DNA of 64,000 bases from NCBI GenBank assembly GCA_040954595.2, contig CM082587.2, positions 4,886,206 to 4,950,205 on the forward strand, read 5' to 3'. Source of the DNA: Balanoglossus misakiensis (lineage: Eukaryota > Animalia > Hemichordata). The translations under genes were made by a program, and so were the position numbers. The notes under the pieces were generated by a model. That model was not told where the DNA came from. It saw nothing but the letters and a program-made list of their open reading frames with translations, and did no database searches. Below are positions 27,126-39,700 of this stretch, piece by piece (within the stretch, counting starts at the first letter, position 1; every line of letters starts with the position of its first letter).

Positions 27126-28148
27126 CGCGTCGACGGTTCCACATTGTTGACAAGGTGTATGGAGAGAGTCACACTAAAATTGACTTGTTAGCTTCTGGCA
27201 CGGCTCTGTCAATGCTACATGAAACGCCTACTTGTAAATTTATATACCTGCGTATTGTCTTCAGTATTTAAAAAACGGTCTCGCATCACTGACCGTTTTG
27301 TGGTGCGCGTTCTACCGGCCATTGTTACGTCGCCGTGCTCTATTTCCATGACGCTGTAAATAAATTTGCATACGTGTGCGCGTAATTCCAGAAGCCGTAC
27401 ACTTGCACCGGGCAAATGTCTGTCGGAATAATCTAAACGATTACGAAGTAATTATCATCAGCATGCAACAGACGTCGGCTGTTGTGAGATGGTGAATTAT
27501 TGACAATTTGTTCACGCACTGCTGTCTCGTACTCTCATCGAGGATGTAAACCACGAAGCAAGCGCATGTCGCGCTATCGTAACCGGTGGACCTTACTCAA
27601 TAAATCATAGGATAGTGCGAGATCTCCAAGTTGTCAACTATTTAACCCTCGCTCGTTCTGAATATGTTCATGGGCCGAGTAAATCTCTTTCGGGAGCAGT
27701 TATACCGTGTATATGCCTCGTAAAATTAGAAAATAGAACTTTTGTCGGACCAGAAATTCCATTCATTCAAAGACACTGTAAACTGTCGTCGTTTTCTATC
27801 TCATTGCGTACAGGTTTTGAATTTCTTCTTACTTGAGTAATACCGTCGTCTCATATTTTCCGCTCGTCGTGCGTGCGTGTCGTTGGTGGCGCTGGACAAA
27901 AATTTACCCGGAGGTAGGCTGAAGCGTAGGCATTTTGATAGTAGCGACGGAGGGGTTGATTGCTAATCCTCAATACGTATCGAGTATTAATTAATAAAGC
28001 GCATACTCGCTGAAAGATAGAAAAAAATAATCCCGAATACTAGTAACTTAGTTCCAAGATTACTAGTAACAGTAACACGTTTCCACCGAGAAATCAAATC
28101 AAATTACATTTCAAAAAACAATATTTATCATATTTGTGATTAGTTGCT

Positions 28149-30371
28149 TCAGTTGATTTTCTCTTTGCCTTGCGACCCTTTGCAATATCGACGACACACG
28201 AGTGAAGTCAACTTTCTCAAAGCGAAAATGGCAACTAACAGCGCAACAAGCAAGACGGCGAGAACGTCTAACAGGAAATATTGGACGAAGTTCAAGTTGT
28301 ACGCTTCGGCTCGGAGATGTTGTCCGCCATGTTTGATGACGTATTCGATCCAAAAGACGAGCGTGTCTCCAGGCGACATGGGCGTGTCTCTGTGAATCCT
28401 GGATACGCGTATTATGTTTTCTTTGTAACTGAAAAATAAGGGGGTAAGGGGCGCATTAGTCCGCAGGGTTCAGTAAAATACAAGAAGTTATTTGCAGTTT
28501 GTCGGTCACAGTTCTAAGTTTCATACAGAAGACGACACTGCAGACTGGGGCACCATATTGTGTGGATACGGGCCTGCTTGAAGCCCATGTAATAAAATGC
28601 AGTAGCTAACCTCGGCTGGTCAATGACTGTCTTGATGGCTTGGTAGAGTTGATCCGACGTGAGAGTGCGCATGTTCAAAGCAACTCCAACACCTTTACTG
28701 GTCAGCCGGACAGCGTTGCTAAACTGGTCAGATAATAGAGGTATTGTAACCATGGGAACGCCGTGAAAGATGCCCTGGTAGATGGCACTGATACCGCCGT
28801 GGGTTATGAAAGCTTTGGTCTTGGGGTGACCTAATGAGGCGAGGATGTCAATGGTATTGAGACAATTACATGTACATGCCGGTATTTACTGAAGTGACAT
28901 GGTAGGGGTGTGTTGTATACCTTACTTTCCTAATACAGCCGACTGCTTTTTTTCCAGACACCCCCGATATCAAACGGTCCACCCCTTATTCGTCGCGACC
29001 GTAACGTATGCTGGAGAAATTATTCGTGTGAATTATGCACACGTGTTAGTTACCTAGGAGATCATTCTGTGGTATCCACGCCGCCAGCTTTGTATTGTTA
29101 CCCAAATTTTGGGGAATTTCGCCTTCGTATCGCATGACCACCTTTTGCGGTAATCTTGCCAGCGCCGCCGTGATCATTTCAGCTCTTTCCAAGCTATCGC
29201 CTGGGTTGACGTAGCCTCCGAAAGTAAACAGCACGACCCCGTCCGTTGCCGAGTTTACAAATTCCTCCCATTCCTTCAAAAAGAAACAAATGTATCATAA
29301 ATAGGGTCTATGATTACACTGTACACTGGAACCAACAACGCCATAACCATAACACACAGAATAATAATATTCACTAGAATAGCAGTAATCACGTTTTCTC
29401 AAATTACATGTAGGTCTCCAGAATCATAAACTTATTCAGTAAAGCCCGTGGAAGTACCAGTGATGATTTCCCTGTGTAATGTTGAGACTCACGGGAGTAA
29501 GGGGAGACGCATCCCCGGCCAGTAAGCCACCAATGAACACCGTGTTTGGCATCACAGGGCGAGGAAACTCGAATGCCCAATCCACGCCAAAGAAGACCAG
29601 TTCAGCACTGCCCAACAACTCTCGCATACTCATATCAGGTCGAATGCCATATTCCTGCTTCAGCTCTTCGTAAGGCGGGAGCAAGTAAAAGTTGAAATAT
29701 GCAAAACCGACCACGTGATAGATTAGATTTCTCAGTCGTTGCGCGAAGGTCATCTTGTCCAGCAGTTCGGACATGGCGCCGGGAACGTACGATACCGGAG
29801 TGGGCATCGCCGTGTAGGAAGCGTCGACCTGGGAAACGGGTCTGACGAGAGACGCCATCACGAATGGCAGGGAAAGTTTCTGAGCGATGAGCGCGTTGCA
29901 CGGTGCTACGTTGTCTATAACGGCAATGTCGAAGTGCGCGTTTCCCAGGCGATCGAGCAGTTCGTCGTTTCCAAGCAACGTTTGACAATCTTCCCGAAAA
30001 GCGTCAAATACAAACTGAGCATCAGCGAGGGTGTAATCTCCTTCCAACGCCTTCGGGTTGTGGACTTTCTTTGCTTTTTCGTAAAACGACTCGTCGAAAG
30101 CCGTGACGTACCCCTCAAATTTCAACATCTCCTTGCATTGTGGCGTTTTGTTCACATCGTTGAAATGTCCCAGTAAAAATGTAACATCGTGACCAGAATT
30201 GACAAGATGCTCGCTAATTTTAGCGAAGTAGAGGTAATGGCTGCCGGACGACATGGCTGGGAGGACGAGAATTTTGTAGCAAGCGACGTTTGCTGAACAC
30301 AGAATCAGCAGCGCGTATGCCACATGTAATGCGGACCAACGTGATGAAAGGGTCGACATATTAACTTTCAT
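28149..30371 (-). CDS. UDP-glucuronosyl/glycosyltransferase (GT1, UGT family). Exons 30371-29493, 29273-29054, 28830-28611, 28428-28149
   Basis: Signal peptide followed by KILV...SH (catalytic His region), FEFPRPVMPNTVFIGG, the [21 protein letters not shown] UGT signature, PLLSDQFSNA, FWIEYVIKHGG, a C-terminal TM helix and a KEKIN dilysine-type ER-retrieval tail. Confidence 0.95.
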
Positions 30372-31129
30372 GGAGACGACACAGTAAATGGTCCGGTTCC
30401 GGCCCGACTTGTTCATATAAAACACGATTGGAACTATTTTGAGATAATCGCATGGTAATATACCCTCAACATATTTCTATTTTTTTCTGTTTTGGTCAAA
30501 CAATGAAAGAAAGGGTCGACATGTTAACTTTCATGGAGATGACACAGTTACAATCGCTAATCTATTTTGGGCTACGCCCATTTACTTTTAGCTGACTCAT
30601 AAAAAAAACGTTACAGAACAAGGAAAATGTAATATTTCTCTTACGTTTCTGGCAAACAACCTGTATTACTATTGGTGGGCAGGTAGCCATATATACTTAA
30701 GAAACACTGCAATTTTTAAAACAAAAATTGCCATGCATTACCCAGCCAAAAGTAAATGAGCATATCCCAAAATAGAGTGAGCGGTTGTTGTATGTGACAA
30801 GGTAGACGATGGCGCGCTTCTCGCGATATTGCTGATAAATGTGTTGCGCACTTGAGTCCAAAGCCGTATCGGGCCGATAACTCTATTGATCTATATCTAT
30901 CTACATATTTACATGTGTTCGGTTTTCTGGGGAGCCAGTCAATTGTCTGGCCCAGCGTGCCAAGGGCAAACAAAAGGTAGGTTCGGATCAAGGTCACACA
31001 TGTAGACAGGTCACGCTGACACAGAGAAAAAGTACAAAAGGACAGTGGAGAAAAGTAAAATGTGATGGTCGGGTGAGGTACGAGGACGAGTATTATCTCC
31101 GTATAATAGGTTTGACATTTAAATTTCTA

Positions 31130-31300
31130 CAAAACTGGGGCAAGGACACCAATATTTACACAGAATATAGCGTAGGACGCTACTTTCTTCACAAAATATA
31201 GCGAAACACTGTAATATTTTAACTCAGATAGCGAAGGACACTAATATATCGACAAAATATGACAACGAAGATCACTCTACTAATATCTACGAATAAAGCT
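31130..31300. repeat. Degenerate ~31-bp minisatellite (AAAATATAGCGAAGGACACTAATAT-like)
   Basis: About 5 diverged copies visible between the UGT and METTL13 starts. Confidence 0.55.
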
Positions 31301-31402
31301 TTTAAATGACACAAACATTTCTACAAACAACCTTAATTAACGTAGTTGACTGACTTCCTAGACACTGCGTTATGATCGCCGCTAGCCTTACATGAAGAAT
31401 GA

Positions 31403-31500
31403 TGACAAAACAGTGTCAAAATATTGTCATTTTCTTGAAATTTTCACAAATGGTAGCAAAAAAGGAGTACTATTAAATGATATAAAAAAACACTATGTCA
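31403..31500 (-). repeat. Dispersed ~97-bp repeat, copy B
   Basis: Inverted match to 24983-25079. Confidence 0.8.
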
Positions 31501-31609
31501 CTGTGCTCTAGTTATATTTTTAGAGCTGTTCAGAACTTCCGATATTTTCACCATAGGAAAGCCCACAGAAGGAATAGCGCCACCAACGATTCATATTACC
31601 TGACCTAAT

Positions 31610-31621
31610 CAAAATGGCGGC
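31610..31621 (+). promoter_or_regulatory. YY1-like motif CAAAATGGCGGC upstream of METTL13
   Basis: Match to the AANATGGCGGC consensus ~150 bp before the ATG, typical of housekeeping promoters. No functional evidence. Confidence 0.5.
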
Positions 31622-31764
31622 GCCCATGGAAATAACGTGATGATACACGAGCGATCTTCACAAGGGTTCAATAAGCAAACAGACACGTTTCCAATTACTT
31701 GAAAATCGACTAAATAACCGTATATCCACGACAGAACGGAAAAATAAACTTAAGAACAACAAAC

Positions 31765-34700
31765 ATGAACCTGGCTCCCAAAAGTCACGTTGAATTGAGC
31801 TCTACGGAATACTGGGACAATTTCTTCAAGAAGAGAGGTGCTAAGGTATTTGAATGGTAAGTTCTGATCGTGCATGATACACATGGCTTTGCTACTTACA
31901 AGTGATAAGCTGGGACAGGGTGATGATAAGACAATCCATTCGCGCGGGGGGGGGGGGGGGGTCGATTCCCTACCCGCGACCCCTTGCTCCCACACTGCCG
32001 CCCAGCCACTAGCAATGGACTTTCCAGTCCACCAAAACAATCGAAGTGGCCGGCTATTTGCATGTCAAAGGACTCCAACCTGGGAAACTCATGTCATTAC
32101 GTCACCACGTGATAATGATTATGAAGTCATCTAAGTCAACCCACTACTGATTGGCCGGATTAATGAGCGCAGGTGTTCAAATTTTCTGAGCAATACCTGT
32201 TGCCATAGCAACTTTAGATTTTACTACTTTCTTAATCAAAATCTAATATCATAATGATTGACTAAGAATAAAGTTGTGAGAAAGATTTTCTGTTAGCAAG
32301 AGCAGAGAGTGACTCGATCTTCAGCGCTAGCACACAATACTGAAGCCTTGGCATCCTTGCACGTATTGCATTATATATATTTTTTCTCACACTCATAGGT
32401 ATGGTGAATACACACAGCTGTCAGGCGTTCTCCACAAGTACATCAAACCGGCAGACAAAATCCTGGTGGTTGGCTGTGGGAATTCGAGACTCAGCCAGGA
32501 CCTGTATGATGTCGGCATCCACAACATCGTCAATATTGACATCATCGACTCCGTGATCAAACAGATGACGCTGAAAAATGCAGAGAAGAGACCGAAGATG
32601 GTGTACGAGAAAATGGACATGTTGAACGTGAGTTTGGTACAAGTGCTATGATTGGCCGAGGTTTGTGTTCATTGCAGTGCCTGTGTCTGCTTCTTTGCCT
32701 ATCACAGCCATTGTATTAGTCCAAGCACAATTAAATTTACTGCAGCTTTGAAGTTGGATTGCGAGAAAGGGTGTAGATGTTTTCCCAGCTCACCAAAGCA
32801 AAGCCATCTGCTAAACAGTTAATGTGTTTTCGCACTTTGGATTTCAGATGGACTACACCGAGGGTGAGTTCAACGTCGTCCTGGACAAGTCAACACTAGA
32901 CGCCATGATGCCGGACGGCAGCGGGGAGGTGCACCAGACAGTGGACAGGATGTTTTCCGAGATCAGCCGAGTCATGAAGATCGGCGGCCGGTATATCTGC
33001 ATAACTCTGTCCCAGAAACACATCCTGCAGAAGGTGCTGGAGTATTTCCCGAATGAGTGAGTTCATATGTATCAGTGATGTTGTATTTATCTATGGACAA
33101 GATTCTTGTCTGAAATAAAGTACTGATAAAAAAAAATAATTCTGGAAAATAATTACAGTATAAATCATTCTGTGCAGGGGTTGGATGGTCAGAGTCCATC
33201 AAATCCATGAGAATACAGCGGAAGACTCGGACGGCAAAGAATTTCACTTTCCAGTGTTTGCAATCATCTGTACAAAGTTTAAGAAGATGCCACAGATGGA
33301 GAACAAGGTAGAAACTTGATAATTCTATCAAGGTTTTCTTTTAGTTGAAAATGAAATTTCCATGTAAGGTTTGTGCCAGAATTTCCTGCTAAGGTTTGTC
33401 TCATGTATCAAGTGAATTTTCTTTTCATCATCAGATGAAAGTTATTACTCCTGAGTAGAGCGAAACATTCCTTCAGTCTTCTTGTTTAACTTTTTGTCTA
33501 CTTTTGTTTGATATATTTTATAAAGTTGTTGGAGTTATGTCTTGATGAGGGCGGATCATCCAAGAGAGTCGAGACGACACAAGAAATCGTCACAGCTGTG
33601 GAAGAAAGACAGAATTATGCCATGTTACGGCACAATCTGAACAAAAGGTAAGATGAGTGATGGAATTGAATGTACAGCTGATAGATTGTTGATCGTTTCC
33701 AGCAAAGAATTTCATTCTAGGTGCACAGAGCACATTGACAGAAAGCATATGTGCGCCAATGCATGTATTCTGACTTGGACCATGTGAAAATCTTGCATTA
33801 CACAATAATTGAGTTTGACTGTGGGCTTGATTTTTGATTTGTTTTTTTTCAGTTGCCATGCCGATGCAGACATCTCATTAGATCTGTTCAGCAGTGCATC
33901 AGCAACACCCAGGTACACACTGCATGTAGTAGACAACTCCCAAACCAAAGGGCCCCGCAATAAGTTTGCCATTTTCATCGTTCCGCAGGGAAGGTAAGAA
34001 TCTTACCGGTAATCGAAATAGACTTGTACAGGTTAACCTCATTACCCTGTACTACACTTAGATACTTGTGTGAATCTATGTTGTCAGACAATGAAACAAA
34101 CACAATGTATGTATAGCCAACACAAAGTGATTACTGTGTTAATTTGACTGACCAATATAAAATCTGAGAAAACAAAAATATGAAGTGCCACATTTTTTTT
34201 TCTGTTGCAGAGAAGCAGAGTGGATGTTCGGAAGCTCCGAAGGGCGACGACAACTGGTGGACTCTGCCGGGTTTCAGAGACTTGTGGTTGTGTGTTTGCA
34301 CAGAGAGCATAGCTATGAGAACATGGAAGGAATAAAACAGGAACTCTCGGCAAAAGTGATGGAATTGGCCCCTGCTGGATTAGACAAGAAGACACAAGTA
34401 AACAGTAGAAACTTTTCCGCACAAGATAATTCCTTCTTTTTTTTTGCTAATTAGAATTTGAGTGAAAAGTTGCTTTGAAAGTAAATAGCAGACAACCTTT
34501 CCTGACAAAATCACTCATTCTTATTACCCACTGACAAAACAGAAAATGGATCGTGTCTTGCAGGTGCCGTTTCTGTCCATTGGCGATGACATTGGTCGGC
34601 GCACGGTTCAGTGTCAAGGCCACAGTGAGCTGAGTGGCGATTTTGTGGTGGAGGATGTAGAGGGTGACGACAAACAGGTCTTCAGAAGGTTGATATTTCA

Positions 34701-36005
34701 AAGCAATCGGAATGCCATCCAGTCAGAAGCAAGATTGAAATCAGGTAAATCCATTTCCAGCCATTATGCGTTTTCTATATCCAAATACAACATCGACATA
34801 CTCACGTTTTGTCGTTGATATGATTTGCCCTCACAGAGAGAAAGAGGAAAGGCAAAGGTGGTAAAAAGAAAGGAGCCCTCGTCACAACTGTCAATCACAG
34901 CTTCCTCGGCCGTGAATGCCATCTTGCCATGGCAACAGGACTAGCCCTGTTGCCAGACTTGGAAACTCTCTTGGGTAAGCATTTCCATAACTTAACTCAG
35001 TTCGCTCATGTTTACCATTTTTTCACAGTGAGCAGATTTGACCCAAACTGATTCATCAATGTTTCGTATTACAGACCAGAAAATAAGTCTGCTCATGATT
35101 GGTTTAATAGGAGCTGGAGGTCTGGCCATGTTTATGCACAAACATTTCCCAAAGGTAAATGTGGATCATCTTGGATTTGGAATCAGAATCGATGGAAATT
35201 TGAATCTTGATTTGAAATAATGTAAACTAGATAGGAAATTCAATGAAGGATTGTATGAGTCTGATGATAGATCTAACCCTTTCACCACAACATACAGGTC
35301 CATGTCGATGTTGTTGAGTTTGACCCAGCCATTGTAGATGTTGCTAAGAAGTGGTTTGGATTTGCCAAAGATGAAAGATTGAAATTATTTGTAGAAGACG
35401 GTCTGAAATTTATCGACAGAAGGGCTTCTGAAGGACAAGAAAAATATGACGTCATTATGGTGGATGCTGACAGTAAAAGTACATCATTTGGAATGAGCAG
35501 CTGCCCCACAGCTGTTATAGAAAAAGAATTTCTACGAAGAGTTTCAACAGTTCTTACAGATTCTGGTGAGTATGTAATAGGGACTGTTTTTCTAAAATCT
35601 ATATTAGCCAAAAATAGGAGAATATGGTTGCCAGTGAATTGAAGTGATTCAACTTTTTTAAAAAGATGCATCTAAGGCTAATTTCGATTCAATGTTTATC
35701 CTCCAAATACAGGTTTATTTATCCTAAACCTTGACCTCCGTGATACCAAACTGAAGACAACCGTGTGCCAGGATATGAAGTCGGTGTTTCCAAAGATTTA
35801 CAGCAAGAAGATAGAGGATCAAATCAGCGAAGTCATGTTTGCTTCGAAACTCGGGACTGATGACAAAACAGAAACATCAGCTGCACGTGGAGTGTGTATA
35901 GACAGAGCCAACAAACTGCAAAGTGTTGCTAAGCAACACACAGACTCCTGGGATGCTTCTGTGGACTTGACAGAAATGATGGACAATTTAACAATTATTG
36001 ACTGA
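31765..36005 (+). CDS. METTL13: eEF1A lysine and N-terminal methyltransferase (two MTase domains), multi-exon
   Basis: N-terminus [31 protein letters not shown]|[54 protein letters not shown], and a spermidine-synthase-like second domain (VEFDP, DGLKFI, DADSK, SCP). Stop at 36003-05. Confidence 0.95.
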
Positions 36006-36754
36006 GTCAGAGTCTGTTATGACATGTAAAATGGAATGAAATGACCAAGACTCCAATACCACACAGTATCAACACATGCTATATGCCCTGGAGATTGACA
36101 CTGTATCACAGCTGAACAATACAACTAGCTGTGGCAATTACATGTATACTGTATACTTCTGCAGATGTGAATAAAGTTTAAAGCTTAAGTTGTGAGCCAA
36201 ATGTCATACTTCGATTTGATGCACTCACTGTATTAGCAAATACTGCATGTGTTCACCTGCACAGTTTGTGATTTAAAGCTTATATAATGCAGATCTAAGG
36301 TAACACGTCTTAAATATTGTGAATGATAGTTTGATACTCTCAACAATACAATCACTTATTTGGCATGGTTTTGATAAGGATACACCAATCCCATCCACTA
36401 GGATACATTACGGTATGATTTTCACATTTCTTGAATAAATTTTGCCGCTAACACATGTCTTAAATATTGCTTATTAATTCGTTCTACGTACTTCCGAGTT
36501 AGCGAGCTGTCTGTGCGAGCGTGCGCGTACGAAGTCTCTCGCGCGACAGTGTTCGTTGCTAAGGCGACAGAACTTCCAGTGTGACGTTGATGACGACATA
36601 AGCGCCATTGTGCACGGACGCGCGCTTGGATTCACTGCCGACGACACCGCCGTGAAAACGCTATCGCCTTTTCGCGGTTATTTTCATCGCTATCATGAAC
36701 GTACACAGCAAATGTGTTTGTGGAATGTGTTCCTTTGTGATTCCTTAACCACCA

Positions 36755-39700
36755 ATGGACAGGAGAACACCGCTCGGTGGGTCTATTCACTCAGAAAAAG
36801 ACAAAATGGACAAAGGCATAAGGTATGTTGGTCTGTTTCGAAATTTGCGTTGGCATGTATGTAGACTACACGTGCGTATTTATTCCCGCTAAAATTTATA
36901 AAGTGTTCGGGGCGCCATATGTAACTACACAGCATGCAGCTGAGTTAGTAATTAATATCATAATAATAATTATTGTATGTTAAATTATAAGTTGCGCTTT
37001 GTAATTACCCCCGCGCAGTGAGAAGAAATCTGCGGGTGGTACCCGCAAGAAAACCAAAATGACGTTAGGTGAGTACCTCAAGTCTGTTGAGGATCTGATC
37101 TGTGAGCAGCATGGGAATACTTGCGTCATGAACGAAGTCCTCTCTGCTTTATTGGCCGAAGTTGCCAGCGTGAAGCGGACCGTGGTCGCGCAGAAGAGAG
37201 TCACCGGTGTGTTGGAAGTGGATATTGACACTCTGTCCACTTTGAAGTCCAGACACGATCTGGAGATCGGGAGGCTGTGGCACGAGATTAGGGCGATCAA
37301 AGCTTTCCTCTCGGAACGCCAAGACGACGACGACTACGACTCGCCCGTGCAGGTATTGGCCAAGTATGACGAGAAGGAGACAACGATGCGATGTTTTGTG
37401 AAAGGGGAGTCGCCAACCAGTTTCCAGCTTAACCCCGATGATGTCGAAGCTCTGCGCAGTTTGGATGACGACATGGAAGATGGATTCGACACGATGGAAA
37501 ATATCCTTGGAAAGCACAGAGGCAAAGGCAGAAAACCTGGATCAGATCCTAAGGAAGGCAGGAAGACTGAGACTTCTGCTGTGTCTACCCCAGTAAAAAG
37601 AAAGCGAAGTGTAGATTTTGAGGCCCAAGATGACTCAACAGATGGGGATGATGCCACGTCGGATAGCCAGCATGGTATGGAGGAATCTCAGGTCAAGCCG
37701 CCGCCTTTCACACCGAATTTGACAGACTTGATCACTCCGGACGAAGAAGACTTCGATGCCATGGCTCTCACACCAAAGATGTACGGACAGACGCAGCACC
37801 ACGTGCAGCGCCCCCAGGGAAAGAGAGGTGAACCACGTGAGGACAGATCGCAACAGTACAAGAGGGAAGCCGTCCCTCGCGAAGAAAGGAAGGTGAAGTT
37901 TGAGAATGCCGACCAAGGTAAAACCACGCAGGTTTATGCTGGAGACGAGGTGGGTGCCACCAAACCCGCACTTGAACCACCACCATTTGTCCCAGACCTG
38001 TCAGAATTAGTGGCACTGGATGATGTTGATTTTGATCAGATGTTTCACATGCCGAGGATGTATCAAAAGGCGCTCAAACAGAAGAAGAAAGTGCCACTTC
38101 CTAAGGAAAAGAAGGCTGGTCCACCTGCTGAGAGGTCACCCAAGGCAGACGGCAGAGCAACCGACGAAAGGAAGGCGCGAAGTACAAAGACGGAGAAGCC
38201 ACAGTCGATTGATAGAGAAGAGCGTAGCTCCACTGATCCATGGGTACAACAAGGGCCTCAAGTTGTCCCAGACCTGTCACTTGATGGAGAAAAGAAACGA
38301 TCCACCGATCCATGGGTACAACAAGGGCCCCAAGTTGTCCCAGACCTGTCACTTGATAGAGAAAAGAAACGATCCACCGATCCATGGGTACAACAAGGGC
38401 CCCAAGTTGTCCCAGACCCGTCAATTGCTAAAGAGCAGAGCTCCACTGACCCATGGGTACAACAATGGAGCCCGGTTGTCCCAGACCTGTCACTTGATGG
38501 AGAAAAGAAGCGCTCCACTGAACCATGGGTACAACAAGGGCGACCTCCAGTTGTCCCAGACCAGTCGATTGTCAGAGAAGAGAAGCGCTCTCCCGACCCA
38601 TGGGTACAACAAGGGCCTCAAGCTGTCCCAGACCTGTCACTTGATAGAGAAGAGAAGCGCTCTACTGACCCCTGGGTACAACAACCGCCTCCATTTGTCC
38701 CAGACCTGTCGGAATTAATGGCTCTTGACGATGTTGACTTTGACGAGATGGCCCACAATCCAAAGATGTATCGAAAGGCGCTCAAACAGAAGAAAAAAGT
38801 GCCACTTCCCAGGGAAAAGAAGGCTGCTCCATCTGCTGAGAGGTCAGCCCAGGCAGACGGCAGAACAACCAATGAAAGGAAGGCGCGAAATACAAAGACG
38901 GAGAAGCCACAGTCGATTGATAGAGAAGAGCGTAGCTCCACCGACCCATGGGTACAAGAATGGCATCCAGTTGTCCCAGACCTGTCTCTTGTCAGAGAAG
39001 AGAAGTGCTCCACTGACCCATGGGTACAACAAGGGCCTCAAGTTGTCCCAGACATGCCAATTGATCGAGAAGAGCGTAGCGTTGTTAGCGAAGAGCAGAG
39101 CTCAACTGACCCATGGGTAGGACAATGGCATCCAGTTGTCCCAGACCTGTCTCTTGTCAGAGAAGAGAAGCGCTCCACTGATCCATGGGTACAACAAGGG
39201 CCTCAAGTTGTCCAAGACCGGACACTTGATAGCGAAGAAAAACGATCCACTGATCCATGGGTAAAACAACAGCGGCCTCCAGTTGTCCCAGACCCGTCGA
39301 CTGTCAGAGAAGAGCAGAGCTCAACTGACCCGTGGGTACAGCAACCGCCTCCATTTGTCCCAGACTTGTCTGAGTTAATGGCGTTGGGCGATGAGGACTT
39401 CGACGATATGTTTTTCAATCCGAAGATGTACAGGAAAGCCCAGAAGCAGAAGAAGAAGAAAAGCAAAACGACTCATCCAAAGGAAAAGAAGGTGAAGCAA
39501 GCTCGAGATGTGTCTCCACAAAGCGGTGGCCGGGGAACTGTCGAGACTGGAGCAAAAGTCCAGAGCCAGATGAAAGGGAGACAAGATCCCTGGGTTGAGG
39601 ATGCCACGTGCGAACCAGCTACTTCGATCAAGCCACCTCCCTTCATACCAAACATGGACGATCTCATTCTGCAGCGGGATGACTCAGATGATTTGGCCGT

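Noticed and set aside
28903-28988. Possible second Harbinger-like MITE in a UGT intron (TAGGGGTG...CACCCCTTA)
   Set aside because: Only a ~7-bp terminal match and no clean TSD; insufficient support.
36299-36470. Short direct repeat TAACAC(AT)GTCTTAAATATTG downstream of METTL13
   Set aside because: About 20 bp, AT-rich, with no element structure between the copies.
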